This document shows, piece after piece, positions 1-7,777 of a stretch of 64,000 nucleotides of DNA (position 1 is the first letter of the stretch; every line of letters begins with the position of its first letter). The stretch spans positions 1 to 64,000 of the IMG/VR virus record IMGVR_UViG_3300037258_000590, one strand, 5' to 3'. Below the pieces are notes generated by a model. The model had not been told where the DNA came from. It ran no database searches and saw nothing but the letters and a program-made list of their open reading frames with translations. The translations under genes were made by a program, and so were the position numbers.

Positions 1-256
1 GAGGACCGTAGCCCTGCCCCTGGGGAGGACCGTAGCCCTGCCCCTGGGGAGGACCGTAGCCCTGCCCCTGGGGAGGACCGTAGCCCTGCCCCTGGGGAGG
101 ACCGTAGCCCTGCCCCTGGGGAGGACCCGGGGGCGGCGCGTATCCCTGCCCCTGGGGAGGACCGTAGCCCTGCCCCTGGGGAGGACCGTAGCCCTGCCCC
201 TGGGGAGGACCGTAGCCCTGCCCCTGGGGAGGACCCGGGGGCGGCGCGTATCCCTG
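1..256 (+). repeat. Coding tandem repeat: eight 24-bp units (GAGGACCGTAGCCCTGCCCCTGGG) interrupted by two 36-bp variant units
   Basis: Perfect units at 1-120 (x5) and 157-228 (x3); variants start at 121 and 229 (second one partial); reads PQGQGYGP on the minus strand. Confidence 0.95.
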
Positions 257-337
257 CGCTGGCGGTCCGTAACCGGGCTGGGCAGGCGCGTAACTCTGGC
301 CGGGCGGCGGGCCGTAGCCCTGCTGCGGGTAGTTCAC
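1..337 (-). CDS. Partial CDS (runs off window) with long Pro/Gln/Gly/Tyr low-complexity N-terminus
   Basis: GTG at 337 with AGGAGGAG at 343-350; open to the window edge: MNYPQQGYGPPPGQSYAPAQPGYGPPAQGYAPPPGP(PQGQGYGP)n; absent from the ORF track because no stop lies in the window. Confidence 0.85.
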   Translation of the reverse strand, partial: MNYPQQGYGPPPGQSYAPAQPGYGPPAQGYAPPPGPPQGQGYGPPQGQGYGPPQGQGYGPPQGQGYAPPPGPPQGQGYGPPQGQGYGPPQGQGYGPPQGQGYGPPQGQGYGP

Positions 338-354
338 GTGTACTCCTCCTGAGA

Positions 355-456
355 ACTGAGACTGAGACTGAGACTGAGACTGAGACTGAGACTGAGACTG
401 AGACTGAGACTGAGACTGAGACTGAGACTGAGACTGAGACTGAGACTGAGACTGAG
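355..456 (+). repeat. Perfect hexanucleotide microsatellite (ACTGAG)17
   Basis: 17 identical units counted, ending 5 nt from the SD of the 337 gene on the minus strand. Confidence 0.95.
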
Positions 457-568
457 ACTAAGAAATGACCTCTCCGCGCTCCGGGGTCGCCCGCGGTGCA
501 CGTAGGACCCTAACGATACATCACCGCTGTGTTATTTCAGACTGCGTGGTACAGCGTAGGACTTGACG

Positions 569-3451
569 TCAGCGCTGGACCGGTGAGTGACCAGGGCAGC
601 CCGGGTTGTAGTCCCGGGCAGATTCAGGCCGGAAAAACGGGCAGAAGTAACAAATGTCATCTCCCGGGGCAATCGGGACATTCCCGATGTTGATCTGGCC
701 GGCCAGCACCCGCCGGGCGACCTCGCGCCGGAACGCCGTCTGGTCCAGTACGTCCGCGATCAGCGCGTCATCGCCGGGGCCGCAGTCGTGCGTCCACAGG
801 TACATCGAGTCCAGTGAGGATGCTGTCCGCGGCAGGGCGGCCAGGACGACGCGCCGGACCGGAAACCCGAGGTTGCGGTACCCGGCCGCGTACAGCAGCA
901 GCTGGACCTGGTAATGCCTCGGCGGCCCGGCGGCCGACATGACCTTGGCCATCGATGTCGGGCCGAGGCAGTTGTGCACCGGGATCAGCTGCTCGCCGGC
1001 CAGGTACAGATGGTCCGGGCTGTCGACGTCGATGCACCGGGTCGGCACGGACAGAACTGGCTTGATGTTCCGGACGATCCGGAACCTGGACCGTGCTGAG
1101 CCTTCCGCCCGGACCTGGGCCGCCTTGCGCTGGAGCCGGAACGGGTTCGCTCCGTGCGGCGTGAACTCTACGTAATACCCGGTCACGGGCAGGCCGGATT
1201 CCGTGGACTGGTGCGGGGCGATGTGCGCCTTCCAGCCGAGCGTGGCTGCTAGTTCAGCGACCGAGACGGCCAGGTGCTTGCTCGTTGTGCTGAATACTGC
1301 ACGCTTCCGCGGCTTGTTCCAGTTCCCGTCTGTATCCATCAGCCCTTGCAGCAGGGCCAGCCGTTGCTCGTAAGATCCGCGCAGGTATTCCGGCGGTACC
1401 TGCTTGACCCCGGTCAGGCGTCCGTGGCTGCCAGGCCATGCAGGATCACGCCACTGCAAGCCGGTTACGCGGAGTTGCCCGCTGAGCCCGTAGATGGTGC
1501 GCACGGATTTCCGCTTGCCATGGGGAGGGCTGACTGTGTAGCCGCAGGCCCGGATCTGGCCGGACAGGTCTTCTGCGTCTTTGATGCCGGCACCGATCGT
1601 GCCGCTGTGCACGCTGCCGTCTCCGAGCCAGCAGCCCAGGACGTACGGGTGCACGATCAGGTCCCGGGGAGCCAGCTCAAGCGCGCTGCCGTTGCGGAGC
1701 CGGAGCTGTCGTTGCGGTCTAGCCGTGGCGGACCATACGCGATCAGCCGCGTGTGCCGTGGGCAGCAGCATGACCGGCCATTGCGGCTTCCCGGCGGCCT
1801 CATACGGGATTTCCTGCACGTCATCGGTGATCAGCTCGCTGCCGTCATCGAACGTGATCCGGTAGCAGTCCCGGTACTGGGCGGGGTACGTCCGGGTGAC
1901 CTGGCACGGGCGCCCGTCCGTGCCGAACACGGTGTCCCCGGGCTGGAGCTGCCCCATGGTCGTCCAGCCGTCCGGCGTGGCGACCGGAGTGGAGACGAAA
2001 ATTCCTTTCCAGTCACATACTAGTTCTTCCACCCCGTCGTACAGGTCAGCCGTTCCCGGGTAGAGCGGATGGGGGGAGACGCGCTTCTCGGTGATCCACC
2101 GGTCGTAGCCGTTGAGGCCGTTCTCCAGGGAGAAGTGCTCGGCCAGCCACGCGTGCACCGCGGTCCCGACGATCGACGGCCACGGGTCTGCCACGTGATT
2201 CGTGACCGGCTCGCCCGCGAACTTTCCGACGACCTGGCGATCGCAATTTCCTGTCATCAGGTCGTCGGCCAGAGCGAAGGCTCCGGCTTCTCCGGTTATC
2301 GCGCAATACACGGATTCCGTGCGTCCTGTAGCCCGGACAGACTCCACGATCCAGAAAGGGTCACGTTCAGGGGCGAGCGAGGCGGTCTGGGCACGCTGAG
2401 CGTGCCGCGTTGTCAGGAAGAACCAGTCTGGCAGGTCGCGGCGGCGCAGGCTCAGCTTGTATAGCGGGGTTTCGGCTGTCGCCGGCCTGGTTCCGGAGAT
2501 GCCGAGCCTCATGTTTTCCTGTATCAGGCCGTACCCGATCCCGCAGACCGCCGCCGCCTCCCGGACGAACTCCAGGTGTCCCCGGTACGCTGAGGAGATT
2601 GAGCAGTGCCCGTCGTCGGTGACACACCCGTCCGCGGCAAAGTAGCCTGCGAGCCAGCTCATGAGGAACGATGCGGATTCATCAATGGGCGGAAGCCTCT
2701 TCCAGAAACGCGGCAGCCTCTCCACCATGGAATGTGCATGAGCGTGAGAAGGATCGTGACGCACCTTGTGCTCACCTGGGAAGAATCGCAGCATCGCCTC
2801 ATCCTTACCGTTGTGGTAGAGGATGAGCCTCGCGGCGCGATGCGTGCTGCCATTACTGCCTTTCGTGCCATCTCCGAACACGAAGCCCTGGGCTACGGCG
2901 AAAGACATCATCGTGGCGCTCTTAGGCTTGGCCTGACGTAGCTGCGCCAGGCGGTGACCAGGGCGCAGATCGCGAGTCTCCAGTTTCTGCTGCTTGCGGT
3001 TTTTCTGGCCCTGACCTGACCAGTACGAGCGGTACCAGTGGTGCTCAGCTGTAGCGAACACGATTTTGCTGTCCCTGTTCCGGCGCAGGGTGATCTCGTA
3101 AAGTTCCTGCTCGCCGAAATACTCGACTGGCACTTGGCAGAATTTGCCCCATCGTTTACGGATGTCGCTGCCCTTGTAGCGCAGGGGAACGAGGAGTTCG
3201 GCGCTGCCATTTTTAGCCAGTTCACGGATTGCCCGGATGCCCTGGCGGGTAACTACTTCCGTCTCCCCGCTGAGGCACGCGCTCCCGATCTCGGACGGCC
3301 CGAGGGTGCGCTGCACGCTGCGGGGCATCCGGTGCGCCTGGCGGATGATGATCTCGCGCAGCTCACGGGCGTACCGGGCCCCGAACGCGGTATTGCTGCC
3401 CGCGATGGCCGGAGTGGTACCCATGAACTGCCCTGGTGTCATGGTGGTCAT
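569..3451 (-). CDS. Cas4/RecB-like PD-(D/E)XK exonuclease with 4Fe-4S cysteines, interrupted by two inteins (spliced product about 271 aa)
   Basis: Exteins rejoin as GPSEIGSA-CDRQ, GTAVH, GTADL..D, DWK-CLG, YQVQLLLYAAG and C-terminal CYFCPF..C. Confidence 0.88.
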   Translation of the reverse strand: MTTMTPGQFMGTTPAIAGSNTAFGARYARELREIIIRQAHRMPRSVQRTLGPSEIGSACLSGETEVVTRQGIRAIRELAKNGSAELLVPLRYKGSDIRKRWGKFCQVPVEYFGEQELYEITLRRNRDSKIVFATAEHHWYRSYWSGQGQKNRKQQKLETRDLRPGHRLAQLRQAKPKSATMMSFAVAQGFVFGDGTKGSNGSTHRAARLILYHNGKDEAMLRFFPGEHKVRHDPSHAHAHSMVERLPRFWKRLPPIDESASFLMSWLAGYFAADGCVTDDGHCSISSAYRGHLEFVREAAAVCGIGYGLIQENMRLGISGTRPATAETPLYKLSLRRRDLPDWFFLTTRHAQRAQTASLAPERDPFWIVESVRATGRTESVYCAITGEAGAFALADDLMTGNCDRQVVGKFAGEPVTNHVADPWPSIVGTAVHAWLAEHFSLENGLNGYDRWITEKRVSPHPLYPGTADLYDGVEELVCDWKGIFVSTPVATPDGWTTMGQLQPGDTVFGTDGRPCQVTRTYPAQYRDCYRITFDDGSELITDDVQEIPYEAAGKPQWPVMLLPTAHAADRVWSATARPQRQLRLRNGSALELAPRDLIVHPYVLGCWLGDGSVHSGTIGAGIKDAEDLSGQIRACGYTVSPPHGKRKSVRTIYGLSGQLRVTGLQWRDPAWPGSHGRLTGVKQVPPEYLRGSYEQRLALLQGLMDTDGNWNKPRKRAVFSTTSKHLAVSVAELAATLGWKAHIAPHQSTESGLPVTGYYVEFTPHGANPFRLQRKAAQVRAEGSARSRFRIVRNIKPVLSVPTRCIDVDSPDHLYLAGEQLIPVHNCLGPTSMAKVMSAAGPPRHYQVQLLLYAAGYRNLGFPVRRVVLAALPRTASSLDSMYLWTHDCGPGDDALIADVLDQTAFRREVARRVLAGQINIGNVPIAPGDDICYFCPFFRPESARDYNPGCPGHSPVQR
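971..2005 (-). mobile_element. Intein 2 (345 aa), class-3-like, Gly at position 1, with LAGLIDADG endonuclease
   Basis: GIFVSTPVATPDGWTTMG aligns with block A; LGCWLGDG and QGLMDTDG motifs; block F TRCIDVDSPDHLYLAG; ends IPVHN followed by Cys+1. Confidence 0.88.
2246..3277 (-). mobile_element. Intein 1 (344 aa) with LAGLIDADG homing endonuclease
   Basis: Starts CLSGETEVVT; block B TAEHHW; GFVFGDG and AGYFAADG motifs; ends TGN followed by Cys+1. Confidence 0.9.
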
Positions 3452-3675
3452 GAGCTGATCCTGTCATCGGGCAGTGACATTTTCCGGCGGGACCGCCGCA
3501 GCCGCCACGCTCGCGGCCAGTCTTGCGGCCACGCTCGCGGCCAGAGCAGGAGCGGGTGGCGGCGCAGCCCGGCCGCGAAAGCCGGCCAGCCGTGCACGCC
3601 TGGCCACGCGGCCAGGGCGGTGCGTACCGCGACGGGTACCGCGATGACAGCCAGGAGACGCCGCCGGGCCTTCAT
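3448..3675 (-). CDS. Hypothetical protein, Trp/Arg-rich with hydrophobic N-terminus
   Basis: ATGA overlaps at both ends (3672-3675, 3448-3451). Confidence 0.6.
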   Translation of the reverse strand: MKARRRLLAVIAVPVAVRTALAAWPGVHGWPAFAAGLRRHPLLLWPRAWPQDWPRAWRLRRSRRKMSLPDDRISS

Positions 3676-3878
3676 GCGGCTGCCGCCAGGGAGCGCGGCC
3701 TGGCGCGGCACCTGCGCCGGTTGCGTTCTTGCAGCTTGCGGATGGCGTACTCCGACAGGTGCCTGCCCCCCGGGTGCCCGGCTGGGCGCCAGCACACCGG
3801 GAACACGTCCGTGCGTGACTGGCCAGCCAGTTCGCGGTACCTGACCGGATGGCGGCAGCGGGTGTCCGGGTCGATCAT
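3672..3878 (-). CDS. Hypothetical protein (MIDPDTRC...)
   Basis: ATGA overlaps with both neighbours. Confidence 0.6.
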   Translation of the reverse strand: MIDPDTRCRHPVRYRELAGQSRTDVFPVCWRPAGHPGGRHLSEYAIRKLQERNRRRCRARPRSLAAAA

Positions 3879-4243
3879 CCCAGGCCTCCCCGGACCGGGC
3901 TGAGTACCCAGTGACCGCCGAATCTCGCGTATTTCACGTACAGCACCGGGTCCTCGCGTCTCATCAGCCTGGTATCCAGCCGGGCGGTCTCCACCCAGGT
4001 CAGGTGCATCGCGGGCCGGTGCTGGCTGCCCGCGATGTCGAATGCGGCAACGCCCGGATGCGCCTGGGTCAGTTCGGCTTTGATCCGGTCGCCGATGGAT
4101 TTCACCCGTTCTTCGGCTTCGTCGGCGGCGGCCTTGGCTGCTCGCTGCTGGTCCAGCAGCTGTTCGAGCAGCCCTCCCGGCGCCGGCGTGATGGCCATCC
4201 GGATAGGTGCGGGCGCGGTGGCGGTGGCGGGCTGAGCGTCCAT
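3875..4243 (-). CDS. Hypothetical phage protein with N-terminal coiled coil
   Basis: AGGAGA SD before ATG 4243; helical LLEQLLDQQRAAKAAADEAEERVK segment. Confidence 0.8.
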   Translation of the reverse strand: MDAQPATATAPAPIRMAITPAPGGLLEQLLDQQRAAKAAADEAEERVKSIGDRIKAELTQAHPGVAAFDIAGSQHRPAMHLTWVETARLDTRLMRREDPVLYVKYARFGGHWVLSPVRGGLG

Positions 4244-4350
4244 GCGTGTCTCCTGATCGTCGGTCTTGCCCCTCCTCCGGTGAGGATAACTCCTCTGCCG
4301 GTACGCTGTCAGATGCGGGACCAAGACCAGGAGAGACGGAGAGAGACGAC

Positions 4351-4905
4351 GTGCTGATGCGCATCGAAGACGATTCCGTGGTGTACGAGTTCAGTGGCGT
4401 GAGTATCGCGGGGCCGGTCAGCACCCGGCTGGACCCGAAGCAGCGTCAGCGCGCCCGCTGGATGGAAGCCGAGCTGTACCGGCGGGCGGACGGCGACGGG
4501 TACATGTTTTACCAGGCCAGCATCAGCACGGTATGGCATTTGCCGGCTGGCGCGGCACACGTGCACAAACCGCTGGAGGTGACCCCGGACGGGCTGCCGG
4601 AACGGCCTGTGTACTGCGGGGTACTGCCCGTGCGGCCCGGCCGGGAGCACTGCCCGCTCATGACCCTGGCTGAGGCCCGGGAGATGAAGCTGCCCGCGGT
4701 TATGATCGCCGAGGCGCCGCAGCGCCGGGTCTGGCATTTCCCGGACCGGGATGCGGTCGTGCGGCAGGTTACCGTCGCTACGCACCGCGGCGGTGACCGC
4801 GTGTCCAGTGCGGCGGTCTCCAGCCCGATGCACGAGCTGCTGGCCCAGGCGGCGCGCAACGACCCGGCGTTCCGCGACGGGCCCAAGCCTGTGGTGGCGA
4901 TGTAG
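4351..4905 (+). CDS. Hypothetical protein
   Basis: GGAGAG-type SD before GTG 4351; GC3-rich codons; first gene of the rightward block. Confidence 0.8.
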   Translation: MLMRIEDDSVVYEFSGVSIAGPVSTRLDPKQRQRARWMEAELYRRADGDGYMFYQASISTVWHLPAGAAHVHKPLEVTPDGLPERPVYCGVLPVRPGREHCPLMTLAEAREMKLPAVMIAEAPQRRVWHFPDRDAVVRQVTVATHRGGDRVSSAAVSSPMHELLAQAARNDPAFRDGPKPVVAM

Positions 4906-5121
4906 GTGGCCCCGGCGCAAGCTGCCCCGGCCGGGACAGGCCGAGCGGAGCGTTCCCTTCCACCGGAACGCCCCGCCAGCACGACCACGGCAAGCAGAGG
5001 TGCTGCCCGCAGGCTACCGGATCCGTGCCCGCAATGCGGCCAGGCGGACCTGCATCCGTACGGCGGCAAGCACCGCTGCCCGGCTTGCGGGTATCTCGCG
5101 CCGTGCTGCGACCCGTGCTGA
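4906..5121 (+). CDS. Small zinc-ribbon protein
   Basis: CPQC...CPACG...CCDPC. Confidence 0.6.
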   Translation: MAPAQAAPAGTGRAERSLPPERPASTTTASRGAARRLPDPCPQCGQADLHPYGGKHRCPACGYLAPCCDPC

Positions 5122-5139
5122 GGAATAACGCCTGCCAGT

Positions 5140-5166
5140 CATGCGTCTTGTATACTCCATAGGACA
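5140..5166 (+). promoter_or_regulatory. Phage-specific intergenic motif, copy 1 (CATGC-NN-CTTGTATAC-NN-CATAGGACA)
   Basis: 23 of 27 positions identical to 17146-17172; both are intergenic and precede rightward gene runs. Confidence 0.65.
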
Positions 5167-5195
5167 CGATCAGCTGAAGATCAGGAGCCAGGGAT

Positions 5196-5381
5196 ATGCC
5201 CGACCGAATCGTCAGCCCGCAACTCACGCTGGATGAGGCCAACCTGATCCGCGAGGGGCTGAGTTTGCTGCAGGCCCGCCTGCAGGCACCTGAAGGCGAG
5301 GCGCCGGAGAACGAGCGTGCGCATGCCACCCGGCTGGGTAAGTACAGGCAGGTCCTGCGCTTGCGGGAGGAGCAGTTCTGA
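5196..5381 (+). CDS. Hypothetical protein
   Basis: AGGAG upstream; TGATG coupling to next gene. Confidence 0.75.
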   Translation: MPDRIVSPQLTLDEANLIREGLSLLQARLQAPEGEAPENERAHATRLGKYRQVLRLREEQF

Positions 5382-5917
5382 TGACACAGGCCACCAGGAC
5401 CGGGCACGCCCGGATCAGGAACGTAGCCGCGGAGGCGGGGCGGGTCACCGAGCCCGCGGTTACGCCTGCCAGGAGCCACGTGCCCACCCGCAGGATGCTG
5501 ACCGCACGCCTCGGCGCCGCTGTCGTCGCGTACCTGGACGGGCTCTCCCTCGCCCAGCTGGTCTGCCTGGCCTACGGGCATACCTGGCCCGTTCTCATCC
5601 CCGGCCGCGGCAGGCCGGCAGGCTGGCGGGCCAATCTGGCCCCCGAACGGGAAGGCGCGTTCCTGATCACCGAGGAGTGCACCCGTGACGCCGCCGGGTT
5701 CGGCTGCGAGACCCTGCGCACCACGTACACCGCCGAGCATGGCATCTTCATGGATCGCGGCCGGCACCGCCAGTACCGTTACGACAAGAACGCGTGGGAG
5801 GTCCGGCCGGAAGGCGCGCGGATCACCCGGCTGGACGTCACCGATTACATCATGGCCCGGATGGGCGACGAGCTGTTCGCTGAGCCCGCGGCGGCCGAAG
5901 GAGCGCTGCCGGGATGA
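5381..5917 (+). CDS. Hypothetical protein, possible metal-binding (C..GH.W; C.R....C)
   Basis: Coupled ORF; CLAYGHTWP and ECTRDAAGFGCET motifs. Confidence 0.75.
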   Translation: MTQATRTGHARIRNVAAEAGRVTEPAVTPARSHVPTRRMLTARLGAAVVAYLDGLSLAQLVCLAYGHTWPVLIPGRGRPAGWRANLAPEREGAFLITEECTRDAAGFGCETLRTTYTAEHGIFMDRGRHRQYRYDKNAWEVRPEGARITRLDVTDYIMARMGDELFAEPAAAEGALPG

Positions 5918-6189
5918 CCGCCGCTGAAGACCTGGCTGCCGTGCTGGACGTGCTCGTGCAGGGAATAGCTGCCGCTGACGGGGAAACCAGCCGTTTGCTG
6001 GCCAGCTGCCAGCGCTGCCGTAACCGCCTGCTGTACCTGCTGGACCATCCGGCCGCCGCAGCCGGCTACCGGATGCTCGTCCAGGCGATCGCCGCGCTGC
6101 GCCTGAACCACGACGTCTGCCGTCGCGGCAGCCAGCACGTCACCGGGCAGGACCGGAACCGCCCGCGGATCAGGAGGGTCATGCCGTGA
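5914..6189 (+). CDS. Hypothetical protein
   Basis: ATGA/GTGA coupling. Confidence 0.7.
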   Translation: MTAAEDLAAVLDVLVQGIAAADGETSRLLASCQRCRNRLLYLLDHPAAAAGYRMLVQAIAALRLNHDVCRRGSQHVTGQDRNRPRIRRVMP

Positions 6190-6518
6190 ACACTCTCGCC
6201 GAGCTGGAAGCACGTGTCGCGAAGCTGCTGCGCTCGATCATCCCCCGGCCTGAATTCCGCGTCCCGGAAGCCCGGCTGGTAATCACCGAAGCCTGGCAAG
6301 GCGGCCGGGAGGAACTGGCCCGGGAATTCCTGCCATTGCTCAGGAAGGCCCGGGACGGCGATCGCGCGGCCTTGCTTGACGCGACGAGCCTGGCGTATTC
6401 AGTCCTGCCCTCGCCTGTCGGCGGCCCGGCAGCACGCCACGCCGCTAAGCGGGCCCGGTTCGCCGAGCTGCGGGGCGGACCTGCCGCGAATTCAGCGCAG
6501 CCGGACGGGCACCTGTGA
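6186..6518 (+). CDS. Hypothetical protein
   Basis: GTGA coupling. Confidence 0.7.
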   Translation: MNTLAELEARVAKLLRSIIPRPEFRVPEARLVITEAWQGGREELAREFLPLLRKARDGDRAALLDATSLAYSVLPSPVGGPAARHAAKRARFAELRGGPAANSAQPDGHL

Positions 6519-6967
6519 CCCCGCCTCCCGTTCCGCTGCCCGCCGACCTGCAGCGCAGGCTGGACACCCTCACCGCCAAGCCGCTGCTGCGCCGTGCCCC
6601 GCTGCTCGTCCAGGCGATCGCCACGCTCATCCGGGATGCCGCGGGCCGCCGCGGGCCGGTCATCCAGGCGGCGCTGTCCCTGGCCGAACGGCACCGCCCG
6701 GTGAACCTGGACGGTATCCAGGAGTGCGTGCGGTGCGCCCAGGACCGCCCGCACTGGCCGTGCCGCGAAGCGGTGATCGCCGCGGAGATCCTGCACGCGC
6801 TCGGGCACAAGCCGCCGTACAAGCTGCCGTGGGCGGGCGGCCCGGCGTACAGCCCGGAGCCGTCCGCCGAAGGTGAAGGCGCGGGCGGCCCGGCGAACTC
6901 GTACAACCAGGCACCGGACTGGGTGAGCGGTCCGCGCGCTCAGGTCAGCGGGAGAGGTGCGCCGTGA
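6515..6967 (+). CDS. Hypothetical protein with H..V....C..C....WPC motif
   Basis: RHRPVNLDGIQECVRCAQDRPHWPC; GTGA coupling. Confidence 0.75.
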   Translation: MTPPPVPLPADLQRRLDTLTAKPLLRRAPLLVQAIATLIRDAAGRRGPVIQAALSLAERHRPVNLDGIQECVRCAQDRPHWPCREAVIAAEILHALGHKPPYKLPWAGGPAYSPEPSAEGEGAGGPANSYNQAPDWVSGPRAQVSGRGAP

Positions 6968-7128
6968 GCATCACTGAGTACCTGGATGAGCACCCGGGCG
7001 AAACGCTCACCGAGCAGCAGATCGCGGACGGGACAGGCCAGGGCAGCCAGTTCGTCGGCGCGTTCATGCGCGCGGCGGCTGACCGGGACTGGGCTGAGCG
7101 CGTGCCCGGCGGCTGGCGGCTGCCGTGA
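6964..7128 (+). CDS. Small winged-helix-like protein
   Basis: MSITEYLDEHPGETLTEQQIADGTG...WRLP; GTGA overlaps both sides; below the ORF-track cutoff. Confidence 0.65.
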   Translation: MSITEYLDEHPGETLTEQQIADGTGQGSQFVGAFMRAAADRDWAERVPGGWRLP

Positions 7129-7280
7129 ATGCTGGCCGGGGCCACCGCCTCTTTTCCTGCTCCGCCTGGATCCGGTGCCGGCGTGACGGCAGCCTGCGGG
7201 TGCATCACGGGTACTGGCCGCGGTCAGGCATCGCGGCCTGTACCCGGGTCAGGAAAGTGATTGCGGAGACCGCGCCGTGA
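7125..7280 (+). CDS. Small hypothetical Cys/His protein
   Basis: GTGA overlaps both sides; 51 aa. Confidence 0.5.
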   Translation: MNAGRGHRLFSCSAWIRCRRDGSLRVHHGYWPRSGIAACTRVRKVIAETAP

Positions 7281-7777
7281 CCCTGCGCATGCGGCTCATG
7301 ATCACCGATGACCTGGACGAGCGCGAGAAGGACCAGTTCAACGAGGCTACGGTGACCACGGTGGTCTCGCTGGACGGGATCATCCGGGAGCTGCACCTGA
7401 CCCAGGCGCATTACGACGAGCTGGCCCGGCTCATGGGCCGGTACGTCCAGGCAGGCCACGAGCCCGGTGCCGGGCCGGTAACCGATCCGGCACCGGAGTC
7501 TCCGCGCGGCGGCCAGGGCTCCCGGCGGGAGATCCCCGGCACCCGGGAGTTCCTGGCCCGGGTCCGCGCGTACGCCGCGGCGCACGGTATCGAGGTGCCC
7601 ACAGCCGGCGGCAGGCGCGCGACGTACAAATATTCCGCGGAGTTGCAGGTGAGCATCGCTCAGGACCTGAGGCGCCGGGCGGAAGGCGGGGACCCGCAGG
7701 CTGCCGCGGACCTGGTGATGGCGCGCCGGATCAGCTTCTTGCCCGCTGAGCCCGGCGGGGCGCCTCCGGATGCGTGA
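7277..7777 (+). CDS. lsr2: Lsr2-like nucleoid-associated/xenogeneic-silencer protein
   Basis: N-terminal LMITDDLD...VSLDG..RELHLTQAHYDELARLMGRYVQAG matches the Lsr2 dimerisation domain; C-terminal RAYAAAHGIEV matches helix 1 of the Lsr2 DNA-binding domain. Confidence 0.8.
   Translation: MTLRMRLMITDDLDEREKDQFNEATVTTVVSLDGIIRELHLTQAHYDELARLMGRYVQAGHEPGAGPVTDPAPESPRGGQGSRREIPGTREFLARVRAYAAAHGIEVPTAGGRRATYKYSAELQVSIAQDLRRRAEGGDPQAAADLVMARRISFLPAEPGGAPPDA

Noticed and set aside
1-256. 24-bp repeats as a CRISPR array next to a Cas4-like gene
   Set aside because: Units are head-to-tail with no unique spacers and translate in frame as PQGQGYGP; no other cas genes are present.
355-456. Hexamer tract as a telomere or genome end
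   Set aside because: It is internal, with continuous same-strand genes on both sides.
569-3451. Naming the gene cas4
   Set aside because: No CRISPR context; solo Cas4/RecB-like exonucleases are common phage recombination genes.
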